Source of the DNA: Octopus sinensis
Taxonomy: Eukaryota
Assembly (NCBI RefSeq): GCF_006345805.1
Contig: NC_043001.1
Span: 31,186,001-31,250,000 of the forward strand
DNA: 64,000 bases
Direction of reading: 5' to 3'
The translations under genes and the position numbers were made by a program. Numbering within the stretch: the first letter of the stretch is position 1; every line of letters starts with the position of its first letter. Below are positions 51,733-64,000 of the stretch, piece by piece. Under the pieces are notes generated by a model. That model was not told the origin of the DNA. It did not search any database and was given only the letters and a program-made list of their open reading frames with translations.

Positions 51733-52545
51733 CAGGTTTGGTAGCCTTCAACTAACACTATCTCCTCCGAGACTGCGGCGCAAGTTAACCAAAATTGCGA
51801 GTATGATAGAAGAAGGCTTGCTCTTCCTTCCGTAGAAGAAATAATTCAAATCGGACCATGTTAATACCAAAAATTATTTACATCAAAAAGGTGCTTTTTT
51901 TATTATGAAAATCCCTATTTTTTACGATATTTTGACTACTGTGTCACCATTTTTCGGTGTATTTCAACCAGAAAAATGTTGACTTAAAGAGAATAACAAA
52001 CTACATAAGGCAAAATTTTTACATTTCAAAAATTCCAATTCTAGAGGGTCGAAAAGAAAATAAACCCGAGCAACGCCGGGCGATACTGCTAGTATTGGTA
52101 TAAATGTGAATTTATAATCTGGATGTAGATGTTGGAGGTTTCGAAACAGCAGTCCAGATTTAACCACTTTCTCTTTGATTTTCAAAGAGATATTCACATC
52201 TGCAGGGCAGCTGACTTCTCTGACAGCACATATTTTCCCTTTTCTGTTCCAAACAACAATACCCGGTTTTTTTATGTTTATGCTTGACAGATGTTTTGAT
52301 AGGAATGTTCTACCAGTATTCCTTGTGTTGATGCTTGTGAATGCATTCAATAACAGGGTGGGGATATTCTATTTTTATTGCAGGACAGTCTTTTTCCGAC
52401 TGACGTTGTGTATTGTTTCTGCGACAACGTCGTGTCACATAGAGAGATAATTACCTGATGACACTTTTGGTTACCTGCTAATCACATGGATAATATCTTC
52501 CACAGAAATATGACACAATCTACATTTTCAGTCGCATCTTGGAAC
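51530..52545 (-). pseudogene. R4/Dong-clade non-LTR retrotransposon C-terminus (CCHC knuckle plus restriction-like endonuclease), split by a Helitron
   Basis: CRLCHISVEDIIHVIS (zinc knuckle) and KPGIVVWNRKGKICAVREVSCPADVNI (PD-(D/E)xK-type region). It resumes beyond the Helitron as LTRTLQIPPVSGTVKICKT. Confidence 0.85.
51676..52092 (+). mobile_element. Non-autonomous Helitron
   Basis: A|TCTTTATATATAAAG ... CCCGAGCAACGCCGGGCGATACTGCTAG|T. Confidence 0.92.
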
Positions 52546-54479
52546 TCTAATGGATTTACTGTCTCCTCTATTTATTAGGTATCTTGGAGCAATCTGCTTT
52601 TGGTTTGTAATGTATGTAATGTATGTATGCGTGCGTATGTGTGTGTGTGTGTGTGTGTGTACAGATATACATATGTACATACTTATGAATGAATGCTTTT
52701 CAACATCTCTATCACGTGTTGTATTCTATGGCTGGCCATAGCCGTAAGAAGTATAGCACTCAATGAAAAATTCCATGATGGAATGAAGGTATGTGTCACA
52801 CATTTATGCATACACATAAATGCAACACTTTAAAAATATCACTGAATATTTGCTGCAAGAGGCGCCTATCGTTGTCACATTTATGTAATACTGTATCAGT
52901 GAATAGCAGGATTGAAAAACCCACATCAGAGCACCTCATGTTTAAGGGGACATTCACTTGATAGTTCGAAATCTCGTTGCAGCTATCGCGTATGAAGATG
53001 AAAAATAAATTCACATTATAAACTTCAGAAAAGGCTTGCATACCTTTACTGTTCCGTTTAAAGACTGTTTTTGTGTGTATTGTGCGTATTAGCTGGTTCG
53101 TTTCTTTTTCAGAAAGCCCCAGTTCATCTACAAGAGTACATACATACATATATATACATGTGTATGTTTGTAAGTATGTATATGCTTGCGTATGTATGTA
53201 TATATGTGTGTGTGTGTTTGTGTGTGTGACAAACTTTAAAAAAATTTTTACTCCACTTCTGAATTTCCAAAACATTTTCCTCGATTTCTTTTTTTTTTTG
53301 TTTTTTTCATTTTGCTTTTAAAAAACTTTATATAAATATTAATATCACATAAATATGAACTATAACTCTCAAAGTGTTAATATCTGTCATGTATTTATGT
53401 TTCTGAAAAATAATTTCCTTTCCAATTATACGACTCTGAAATTGAAATACACTTACTCACACCACAAACACACACACACTTACAAATTTATGTATACACA
53501 TAAATGCAATACTTTTAAAATATCTCCTTTCAGATTTGATTCTGTTTTCTAAACCAGTGTAACCTTTCCCTATCTACCATGCTGCCATATCTTTATCACC
53601 CTTAGAAAACCACTCTTAAACTCATTTAGCAGCCTGTGCCATTCTTCTCCCTCTTATCAGCTAAAATTTTACCCTTTCAAATTGTAGTTTGAATTAGGCG
53701 GTACAGTGAAACTTATAACTGTCAGTTATTATAGTTCATATGTGTATGTGTGTCTGCATGCGCGTGTATGTATACATATGTGTGTATATGTATGTTAATG
53801 TATTTTGTATATGTATGTGTGTATGTGATACCTACACGCACTCACAATTTCACACCTATACTTAAAAACGATGCATGCATATATATATATATGGGTATGT
53901 TGCTTTCGTTGCTGCTGTCGCTGTAAATTGAGAGGGTCACTGCCACTAAAAACGCACGTAAAGTTCAAGACCAAAATCTAAAGAGGACTCATTTACAAAA
54001 TTTTAAGACAACTGAAGAGCAATATATTTATTTATTACAATTTCATTTCTTTTAACAAAAAGGCTATGCTTTCATCTTATTGTAGGGCTCATCGGAAACT
54101 AATATTTTAAATCTGTAGATGAAACATAAATTATTCAAAAAGTTTTTTGCATGGGATTCTTAGATATTCATACTAAATTTCAATGTAATACAGTTTTGAA
54201 AGAAATACAGCGATCCAATTAGTTTGTAAAAGCGGACGACGTCTGTTGAATCGATGAAAGAGTGAAAAACAATAACATTTGCAATGCTGCAGAGGAAGAC
54301 GTGTGTGTGTGAGTGTTGTGTATGTGAGTGTGTGGTGTGTGGTGTGTGTGTGTGTGTGTGTGTACAGCGACCACGCTGGAGCACTACCCTGAAGAATTTT
54401 AGTCGAAGTAAACAACCCCACTACGGAAACGTAGATAAACGTTTAGCATCCCCACTCACCACTAAACAATATCTGTGTA

Positions 54480-54690
54480 TCGCGATTTCTGGGTTATTTC
54501 TCTTCATCAGCACAGAATAACTGTTTGGCTAAAGGTGACGCTGCTAAATTCTTCTTCGAAACATACAGTCACTGAATGGGGGATGCTAAACTCCCTTGTT
54601 CGAAAATATAAGGACACAGGTAGTGTATCGTATAGACAGCTTGAGACAATGTTTCCTGGGGTTAAATAGCAGTAGCATTCGTCCTAAACA
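54480..54690 (+). mobile_element. Old diverged copy of family HH1 (hammerhead core decayed)
   Basis: AAATATAAGGACACAG and ATGTTTCCTGGGGTTAAATAGCAGT match the HH1 arm. Only a GAAACAT remnant of the core is left. Confidence 0.55.
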
Positions 54691-54849
54691 GGACTGCCAC
54701 GTTATGTTGGCAAATAATCTTCTCTCTAGAGTTCTGTTACGGAGTGTCTCTCGTTGAGAGACTTATGAATAACAATTTTCTATTTTATTAGATTAGTGAC
54801 TGTATGTTACTTCGAAAACTATATATTTCGAACATGAATTAGCAGCGTC

Positions 54850-54899
<50 letters not shown>

Positions 54900-55059
54900 A
54901 GCACTTTAATAATAGGTTTCTTTATATTCAATTGTTTATAGGGTTTATTTTAGATTATATGTTGATTATATATAGATTATATATAGATTATATATATTTA
55001 TATTATTTCATTGATAAATTTATATTATTTTAAGCTTATATTTTAAAATATTGATATTT

Positions 55060-55300
55060 TTAGATCGGAAATCCACCTGACGAATGTCATTTGAAGACAT
55101 GAAACAATTGTAGTGGCGATTTATTTACTTTATATTAAAATTTTTTATGTATTGATTAAGTCTTTCCTTGTTTGATTTGCAAAATAGTGGTTTTGTCTCG
55201 AATTAATATTATATAATATTTTACTATAAAATTGGATTTAATCCTAAATCTGATTTTTTTCCCTGTAAGTTTGGATTTATTCCCTAATATTTATTATTAT
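55060..55300 (+). mobile_element. Family HH3 single copy ending in (TA)n
   Basis: Near-identical to ~16790-17017 downstream of the ribozyme. Confidence 0.88.
55073..55116 (+). ncRNA. Minimal type-I hammerhead ribozyme (HH3 variant)
   Basis: CCAC CTGACGA ATGTC atttgaa GACAT GAAA C AATT GTA GTGG. Confidence 0.9.
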
Positions 55301-56190
55301 ATATATATATATATGTATGCCAGAATAGATTGAACGTCGATTAAACACCTGTGTTATCTTCCCATAACATCATAAGTTCAAATCTAGCGCAGAACTGCAT
55401 TACCTCTCATGCTTCAGAGATCGATAACAGAAATACACAGAGTAAATGTCATTGATCATCATGCAGAAATCAATACCCCAAGGTATGGATAAATCCCAAA
55501 GATAGCTACAAATAAAAGATTAAAAGAACATGGTGCATGTATGCGGGTGCGCGGGCGTGTGCATGTGTGTCAGTTCATGTGTGTGTGTGTGTGTATGTGT
55601 GTGTCAGTGCATGTGTGTGTGTGTTGTGTGTGTGTGTGTTGTGTGTGTATGCCCATGAAAATGTATGTATTTATGCATGAACGACTTTTAGGCAAATAGT
55701 TATTCTATTCCGTTGCAGATCTATTTGCATATTAATATCATCTGCAAGAGTTCTAAAGCAGAAATATAAATGACCAATCACCATATACTTGTTTGGCAAC
55801 TTTAATCTTGTCTTCTCGGCACGCAATAGTATCTCCCGGTGTGATGTGTCAATCAAACACGCGCGCCCGCACTCAAACGCACACGCGCACACCACACACA
55901 CACACACGCACGCACACAGACATATACACATATAATGTTAAAATATTGTTCGATGCAAGAAATGACATCAACTTCAGCGAAGAACTCAATACGAAACTTT
56001 GAGTATAGTCATTATTTAGTTTGAAATACGGAGAACGTTTATGTGCAGTTTCGTGTTTCGACATCGTTTTCCTTTTAAACATGGCTGCTGACTCCCCTTG
56101 CGTGCGAGATTGTAATTGGACTTGACAAGACGGTGATAATGTGGATCAATTGATTCAGTGTGCTGATTGTGACATTCTGAACTTGATGTT

Positions 56191-56607
56191 GGCGGCGAGC
56201 TGGCAGAAACGTTAGCACGCCGGGCGAAATGCTTAGCGGTATTTCGGCTGCCGTTACGTTCGGAGTTCAAATTCCGCCGAGGTCGACTTTGCATTTTCAT
56301 CCCTTCAGGGTCGATTAAATAAGTACCAGTTACGCACTGGGGTCGATATAATTGACTTAATCCGTTTGTCTGTCCTTGTTTATCCCCTCTGTGTTTAGCC
56401 CCTTGTGGGTAGTAAAGAAATAGGTATTTCGGCTGCCGTTACGTTCGGAGTTCAAATTCCGCCGAGGCCGACTTTGCCTTTTCATCTTTTCGGGGTCGAT
56501 TAAATAAGTACCAGTTACGTACTGAGGTTGATGTAATCGACATAATCCCTTTATCTGTCTTTGTTTGTCCCCTCTATGCTTCGCCCCCTGTGGGCAATAA
56601 AGAAATA
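56191..56607 (+). mobile_element. Dimeric family A SINE
   Basis: Two body units joined at AAAGAAATA|GGTATTTCG, flanked by GATGTT(GGC) repeats. Confidence 0.9.
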
Positions 56608-56758
56608 GATGTTGGCAGCCTTTGTCGTTATTTGGGGCTTTGGTTCTGTGCAACTAAACTTAAGACTACCTTTTAGGCTAAAACATTTGAGCCATTCTCT
56701 TTCGAATAATCATTTCCTGTAATCCAGTCTTATCTCCCTCACTCTTTCTTTCTTTCTT

Positions 56759-56795
<37 letters not shown>

Positions 56796-56802
56796 CTCTT
56801 TC

Positions 56803-56833
<31 letters not shown>

Positions 56834-56915
56834 CTTTCTCTCTCTCTCTCTCTTTCTTTCTTTCTCCATTCACACATACAAATGCACACAGTTTGAGTGC
56901 GTATGTATTTTGTGT

Positions 56916-57165
56916 GTGGAGGCGCGTGGCTTAGTGGTTAGGGTGTTGAACTCGTGATCGTAAGATTGTGGTTTCGATTCCTGGACCGGGCAATGCGTTG
57001 TGTTCTTGAGCAAAACACTTCATTTCACGTTGCTCCAGTCCACTCAACTGGTAAAAATGAGTAATCGTGCGACGGACCAGCGTCCCATCCAGGTGGGGAA
57101 TTTCTACACCACTGAAACCGGGAAACTGGCCCTTGTGAGCTTGGCATGGCTCGAGAAGGAACATT
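56916..57165 (+). mobile_element. Family B-like SINE with CORE-like middle and type-2-like tail
   Basis: GTGGAGGCGCGTGGCTTAGTGG head, TGTTCTTGAGCAAAACACTT middle, and a tail similar to that of 18205-18512. Confidence 0.8.
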
Positions 57166-57178
57166 TATCTATTTATGT

Positions 57179-57241
<63 letters not shown>

Positions 57242-58558
57242 ATGATGCAAGAGAAGGAAAGTAGTAAAGAGGATAGAGCTGACGGTCTCTCTGAGATATG
57301 ATAATCGCAGACGCTCTCCCCAAGAAAGACAGAAAATAATGTAAGCTTGTTGAACTCGATAAAAACGGAAACGAGTGAAAACTGAACTAACAAATGGAAA
57401 CGAAACATAAATAGTAAATGAAGATTTAAACAATTAGTAGAAGAATCTAAATAAATTGGGAAATGTGAAGATAGTTAGATTTATTCTCGCTGCTACATAT
57501 GAACAATATTTCCTCCATTTGTTTAAAATTATAATTCTATAGCAATATTGTCGTGGCAACGAAAGACTGCATAATTGGACTAATTGTTGAAAGTGAATCT
57601 AGGGTTAGAGAGGGAAAAAACAGAAAGAAGGAAAGGAGATAATAATAACAGTGAACGAGATCTGCCCAGAGTGAGGTGTGAGCGTTGAGCAAAAGTAGTG
57701 GTCAAGTGGTCGAAACAGACAACAAAAGCAACAATTTTATCAAAATATATTAAAACTGAAAAATTTGACAACCTAAATAGATCATACATACTTAATTTCA
57801 CTCGGTATGCTTGTACATATTATATATATATATATTAAGTACCAGTTACGCACTGGGGTCGATGTAATCGACTTAATCCCTTTGTCTGTCCTTGTTTGTT
57901 CCTTCTATGTTTACCCTTGTGGGCAATAAAGAAATATGAAAGAGAAAGACAGAGAGAGAGGGAAGGAGGGTGGGGAGAGAGAAGGGGAGTGGGGAGAGAG
58001 AAGGGGAGAGAGAAGGGGAGAGAGAAGAAGAAAAGCTGCAGCACCGCATGTAGCATTTGAACGTGGCACATGTTGTAAACTGTATAACTATGCTAACCAC
58101 TACACCAAAGCGAAAATTACAAATTTGTCCGTCTGAATTAAGCAGGCGGGGATTGATTAAACGGACGGAGAAGTTTTATAAGGAAGAATGTCTTGAATGC
58201 AATGGACAGTTAATATGACACTAGCTGATTCTTGATTACACTGGCGACCTGGAGATGATTAGAAAAAACAACAGCGGTAATGCAACCACTATTGGTTGCT
58301 TTACTGCTGTTGATAGGTTAATAAAAGTAGGAAGCAATGTTGGTATGGTTATTAACTGTTCAGTGACAGAAATAATGAATATAAATTATGCCAGTCAATC
58401 CAATTGCCGTATAGAAAGAGAAATATTAAAGATTACTGATTATATCAAGTGCTTGGAGACTATGGTTGCAAGAATGACTTAATAGGTTTGGAGTTGGGTA
58501 AAATAATTGATGAAAAAACAGAACAAGCAAATGAGTATCTTATATGCAAAGAAGCCCA

Positions 58559-58689
<131 letters not shown>

Positions 58690-59084
58690 TAATGTATGCA
58701 TATATGTAAATATACGTATTTATATATATACATATATGTATATATAGGTGTATATTTGTACGTGCCTACATGTGTGTGTGTGTATGACTGTATGTACAAA
58801 TGGAGATGAGTGAATGTATGTTTGTATGTATGCATTAGGCATCTTTATGTATAGTTATAAGCGTGTATCTTCGTGCAATAATTTTTAAAACCTCAAAAGC
58901 AACAGGCGAACCTAGAATTGAAAACATGACGAATATCATTCAGCACGACATAAACGTGATGAAAATAATTACTTTTTATATAAGCCATATGTTTGTGTTG
59001 GATTTCCCCTATGCAAATTTTCCATTAAAACCGCCATACTTAGTAGCGTACCTTACCTCGTTGTAATTAGTTATATTGATTTCA

Positions 59085-59280
59085 AATTTTGGGAAAAGAC
59101 CAGCAAGTTCGTGATAGGGATTAAGTCGATTCCATCGCCCCCAGAGTTCAACTGTTACTCATTCTATAATCGACCCCAAAAGGATGAAAGACGAAGTCGA
59201 CCTCGGCGAAATTTGAACTCAGAACGTAAAGCCGCTAAGCATTTTGCCTGCCGTGTTAATGATTCTGCCAACTCACTGGC
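59085..59280 (-). mobile_element. Family A SINE, decayed
   Basis: GTCGACCTCGGCGAAATTTGAACTCAGAACG and GATTCTGCCAAC. Confidence 0.75.
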
Positions 59281-59375
59281 TTGACTATTGTCGCATTAAA
59301 GAGTGATACTATAAGTATGTCATAATATATACGTTATAGAGTTAGCCTATACATACGCACATTTGCATGTATATA

Positions 59376-59948
59376 TACATCATATATATATATATATATT
59401 ATACACACACATACATATATATATATACATTATAGACATACATATATATATATTATATATATATATTAGATCATATATATATACATATATATACATATAT
59501 ATATATACATATATATACATTAATATATACATATAGATATACATATATATATACATATATATACATAGAATATACATATAGATATATACATATATATATA
59601 CATATATATATATACATATATTACACATATATATACATATATATATATACATATATATACACATATATAATATACATATATACATATATATATATACATA
59701 TATATATACATATATATATACACATATATACACATATATATACATATATATATACATATAATATACATTATATATAAATATATATATACATTATATATAC
59801 ATTATATAGATATATATATCTTACATATATATATTATATATATATATACATATATTATATTATATATATATATATACCATATATATATATATCAATTATA
59901 CATATATATATATATATATATATACATACATATATATACATATATACA

Positions 59949-59998
<50 letters not shown>

Positions 59999-60012
59999 GA
60001 TATATATAATAC

Positions 60013-60045
<33 letters not shown>

Positions 60046-60055
60046 TAATATATAC
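59376..60055. repeat. ~680-bp (TA)/(TACA)-derived low-complexity block
   Basis: Direct observation. Confidence 0.95.
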
Positions 60056-60101
60056 ACGCGCATTTGCATGTATATACCTAATATATTATATATTATGTAT
60101 A

Positions 60102-60420
60102 TTTAAAGTTAATGAAGGTGTAAAACTCAACTGTACTAATTATAGTGAATTGTTGGATCAAACTTTCTTTGAATGGTAAAAGCTTCAGCCTCACAGATTC
60201 AAAATAAAGTGTATATTTATGCATGACAATGCTCCATCACGTGCTTCTCGCCTAACTCCTGAGTTCCTTGAGCGCAAACGATTTGCTGAAGACAAAATAA
60301 TGGAGTGGCCACCGTCAAACCCTGACTTGAAACCAATAGAAAAACCTTTGGTCAGTCAGCAAACAGAAACTCTATGAAGGAGGCAAACAGTACAACTGTT
60401 AGGTAGAACTGTGGGGTGTT
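60102..60420 (+). pseudogene. Tc1-like DD37E (TRT-like) transposase fragment
   Basis: [10 protein letters not shown]...FMHDNAPS...WPPSNPDLKPIE, then after a frameshift LWSVSKQKLYEGGKQY. 37 residues separate the second D from E. One stop is present. Confidence 0.85.
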
Positions 60421-60777
60421 ATACAAAGTATTACAGTTGCAGTTTTGCCAGATCAAACTTGTTTCAACTATATATTAAAACATTGTTCTTTGAATTAGTA
60501 AAAAGTTCATAATGGGTTTTATTGTCCTGAAACGCGGAACAAATAACAATTCCAACATTTGCATAACTTCAGACAGCCAATTTCAGTAAATTCTCAATTA
60601 CTCATGAAAAACAGATCAGATGTATGTCAAATTTTAGCCACAATTAAGAAAGAGCATTTGTACCAACATCCTAAAATTTCAGCTTCCTACGTACATGTAC
60701 GTTCATTTTATTAAAATAAAAAAAAACATTTTCATATCTTCAGACTAGGTATATATATATATATATATATATATATT

Positions 60778-60845
<68 letters not shown>

Positions 60846-61757
60846 AACACATACATAAGCACACATAAACACACATAGATATATATGCATATATACACAC
60901 ACTTCGATGCAACCATTCTCATGTTTTGTAACCCAAAAAACCTCGACACACCAATAAATCAATCAATAAATTAATGTACTAATTATTTTACTAACATTCC
61001 AATTAGGTGATACTTGAAGGGAAATACAACCACTGCATATGTTTTTTATTGGTAGCATGACCGCAAGTACAGCGCTTTTCTTTCACTACACGATTTTGAC
61101 TATCTCGTAAAACATAAAAACACAAACATTTTACTAATTTACAGACGATGAAGGTTCTGTGAAATTGGAGATACACGTTGAATAAGCTGACTGTTACTGA
61201 ACAACGATAGAGTGTTGGGCAGAGGGGATGTAATTATCTTCCGTGTATCAGCTTGCCTGATACAATCCTTCCGACAATATATTACAAAACAAAGCGAAAA
61301 GAACGTTATTTATTAAAGAGCAATGAATATATCTAAGTTGGGCGTAAGCAATGTAAGCGTAAACTATATAAATGCAAAAAATATAAATATATACAAACGA
61401 AAGCCAAAGTAAATGATCAGCAAAAAGCAGAGACAAGAATATCGAGCAAGAAGTTAGAGACAAACCCACACAACCTAGTTCGTAGTTTGTCTTACAACTT
61501 CTGCACCGTCTGAGTAAAAATTACTCCAAGATGGCAGAAAGGATCTTAATCAGATGATATCTTTTATGTCTTTCTTTAACTTGTTTCAGTTATTGGACTG
61601 CGACCATACTTAAACAAGTCTAGTCGAACGAATCGACCCCAGTACTTTAAGCCTGGTGCTCATTCTTTCTCTATTTTGCCGAACCGCTAAGTTACGAGAG
61701 ACATACACGAACTAACACCGGTTGTCAAGAAGTGGTTGGGACAAGCACATCAACAAT

Positions 61758-61803
<46 letters not shown>

Positions 61804-61849
61804 TAAATAAATAACCACCTGAGTTATTTTTTATTCTTCAACTAACTTG

Positions 61850-62662
61850 GGACTTTCCATTGGTTTGGGCCTGGAGTTTATAGCTGACGAAGGAATACAT
61901 GCAGTAGGTATAACCCTTTGTGGATTTGGTGACGTTATGTATTCAGTCAGTACTTGTGGATGTGTGCATAACTGGAGGGACAAAGTTTGGTGCCAGCTCC
62001 TACAGTGCCTATCTTCCACACATATATCACTGCCTACCTCTCCTATAGCGTAAGGTAACCACAGTTGAGAGCAGTAGTCCAGACGGCCGAGGACAAATGT
62101 CTTCTATAGGACCAGCATAGTTTCCTTGTCCCTTGTTCTAAAGGTTTTCAGAATACATTCGGCCATTCATCTACACACTGCCAACATGCATGTGAAACGA
62201 GGAACCGTTACTCGGTTATCTCGGTTCTCTCCTTGTTTCTTTCTGTGTTCTGACGTAATGTTGCTATGTGAACCCGAGTTCGATTTTTGTATTGGGTAGA
62301 TAGCATGGGGGCCAAGTCTTGGATGGATTTTAAAATTGATGCGAACAGCATTTGGGCAAAATTGATGGAATAATTTCCACGTAACACAAATGATGTAGCG
62401 CTCCTGGCGGCGTTGGAGAGAGTAGAGGTTGAGTTTTTTAGTCAGCCCCAATAATCAACGCCTCTCATGCTGTCTGTCTGTCTTGTTATTGATCTCTGGA
62501 ATGCTTCTGCTTTCATAATGAGTTGTTTCATATCGGGGGACCACAGTGGGCAACAGTACTCAAGTAGAGTAGAGAAGGATGATGGTGTGGGCATCTCTAG
62601 ACCGGAAAGTTCTCAGAATCCAGAAGTACAACTTGCAGGCCAAGTCAACCTTGCTGTTTACG
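61850..62662 (-). pseudogene. CR1-like LINE 3' fragment running into the assembly gap
   Basis: WILRTFRSRDAHTIILLYST and LNLYSLQRRQERYII motifs. Confidence 0.8.
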
Positions 62663-62762
62663 NNNNNNNNNNNNNNNNNNNNNNNNNNNNNNNNNNNNNN
62701 NNNNNNNNNNNNNNNNNNNNNNNNNNNNNNNNNNNNNNNNNNNNNNNNNNNNNNNNNNNNNN
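62663..62762. other. Assembly gap (100 N)
   Basis: Run of exactly 100 N. Confidence 1.
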
Positions 62763-62904
62763 TGTATGTCAAATTTTAGCCACAATTAAGAAAGAGCATT
62801 TGTACCAACATCCTAAAATTTCAGCTTCCTACGTACATGTAGCGTTCATTTTATTAAAATAAAAAAAAAACATTTTCATATCTTCAGACTAGGTATATAT
62901 ATAA

Positions 62905-62949
<45 letters not shown>

Positions 62950-63943
62950 CTACCACACACACACACACACCACACACACACACATGCACCACACATATAT
63001 ATATATATATATTATATATATATATATAACACATACATAAGCACACATAAACACACATAGATATATATGCATATATACACACACTTCGATGCAACCATTC
63101 TCATGTTTTGTAACCCAAAAAACCTCGACACACCAATAAATCAATCAATAAATTAATGTACTAATTATTTTACTAACATTCCAATTAGTTGATAACTGAA
63201 GGGAAATACAACCACTGCATATGTTTTTATTGGTAGCATGACCGCAAAGTACAGCGCTTTTCTTTCACTACACGATTTTGACTATCTCGTAAAACAAATA
63301 AAAACACAAACATTTTACTAATTTACAGACGCTGAAGGTTCTGTGAAATTGGAGATACACGTTGAATAAGCTGACTTGTTACTGAACAACGATAGAGTGT
63401 TGGGCAGAGGGGATGTAATTTATCTTCCGTGTATCAGCTTGCCTGATACAATCCTTCCGACAATATATTACAAAACAAAGCGAAAAGAAACGTTATTTAT
63501 TAAAGAGCAATGAATATATCTAAGTTGGGCGTAAGCAATGTAAGCGTAAACTATATAAATGCAAAAAATATAAATATATACAAACGAAAGCCAAAGTAAA
63601 TGATCAGCAAAAAGCAGAGACAAGAATATCGAGCAAGAAGTTAGAGACAAACCCACACAACCTAGTTCGTAGTTTGTCTTACAACTTCTGCACCGTCTGA
63701 GTAAAAATTACTCCAAGATGGCAGAAAGGATCTTAATCAGATGATATCTTTTATGTCTTTCTTTAACTTGTTTCAGTTATTGGACTGCGACCATACTTAA
63801 ACAAGTCTAGTCGAACGAATCGACCCCAGTACTTTAAGCCTGGTGCTCATTCTTTCTCTATTTTGCCGAACCGCTAAGTTACGAGAGACATACACGAACT
63901 AACACCGGTTGTCAAAAGTGGTTGGGACAAGCACATCAACAAT

Positions 63944-63995
<52 letters not shown>

Positions 63996-64000
63996 ACACA
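62763..64000 (+). repeat. Near-identical copy of ~60621-61800 (probable assembly artefact)
   Basis: Starts TGTATGTCAAATTTTAGCC exactly at the gap edge and differs mainly by small indels. Confidence 0.85.

Noticed and set aside
56191-56290. tRNA genes at SINE heads
   Set aside because: A and B boxes are present, but the heads continue into SINE bodies and lack a proper cloverleaf. They are tRNA-derived SINE heads, and anticodon identity and named-family (OK/OR) assignment were not verified.

Overview
Non-coding, AT-rich, microsatellite-dense eukaryotic DNA. The tRNA-headed SINE families look like those of Octopus, so a cephalopod (probably Octopus) intron or intergenic region is inferred but not verified. 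I can support no host exon. The ORF track is explained by microsatellites, SINEs and decayed transposon ORFs. Mobile elements seen: three tRNA-derived SINE families, LINE relics (CR1-like x2, R4/Dong-like, RTE-like, one I/Jockey-group-like RT), three non-autonomous Helitrons, a deleted mariner, a DD37E (TRT-like) Tc1 fragment, Tc2-type, MULE-type and hAT-like MITEs, and an unclassified TIR element. A 100-N gap with a probable false duplication ends the window. The main signal missed by the ORF track is 11 minimal type-I hammerhead ribozyme motifs (CTGANGA-stem II-GAAA plus a self-complementary stem III) in four unrelated ORF-less, Penelope-pLTR-like families. Four loci are head-to-head inverted pairs. 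Two of these are bracketed by 15-bp direct repeats, and one has a 127-bp copy of nearby DNA inserted at the palindrome apex. Hammerheads in Penelope-like elements are known. The families, pair architecture and proposed mechanisms here are candidates to test.
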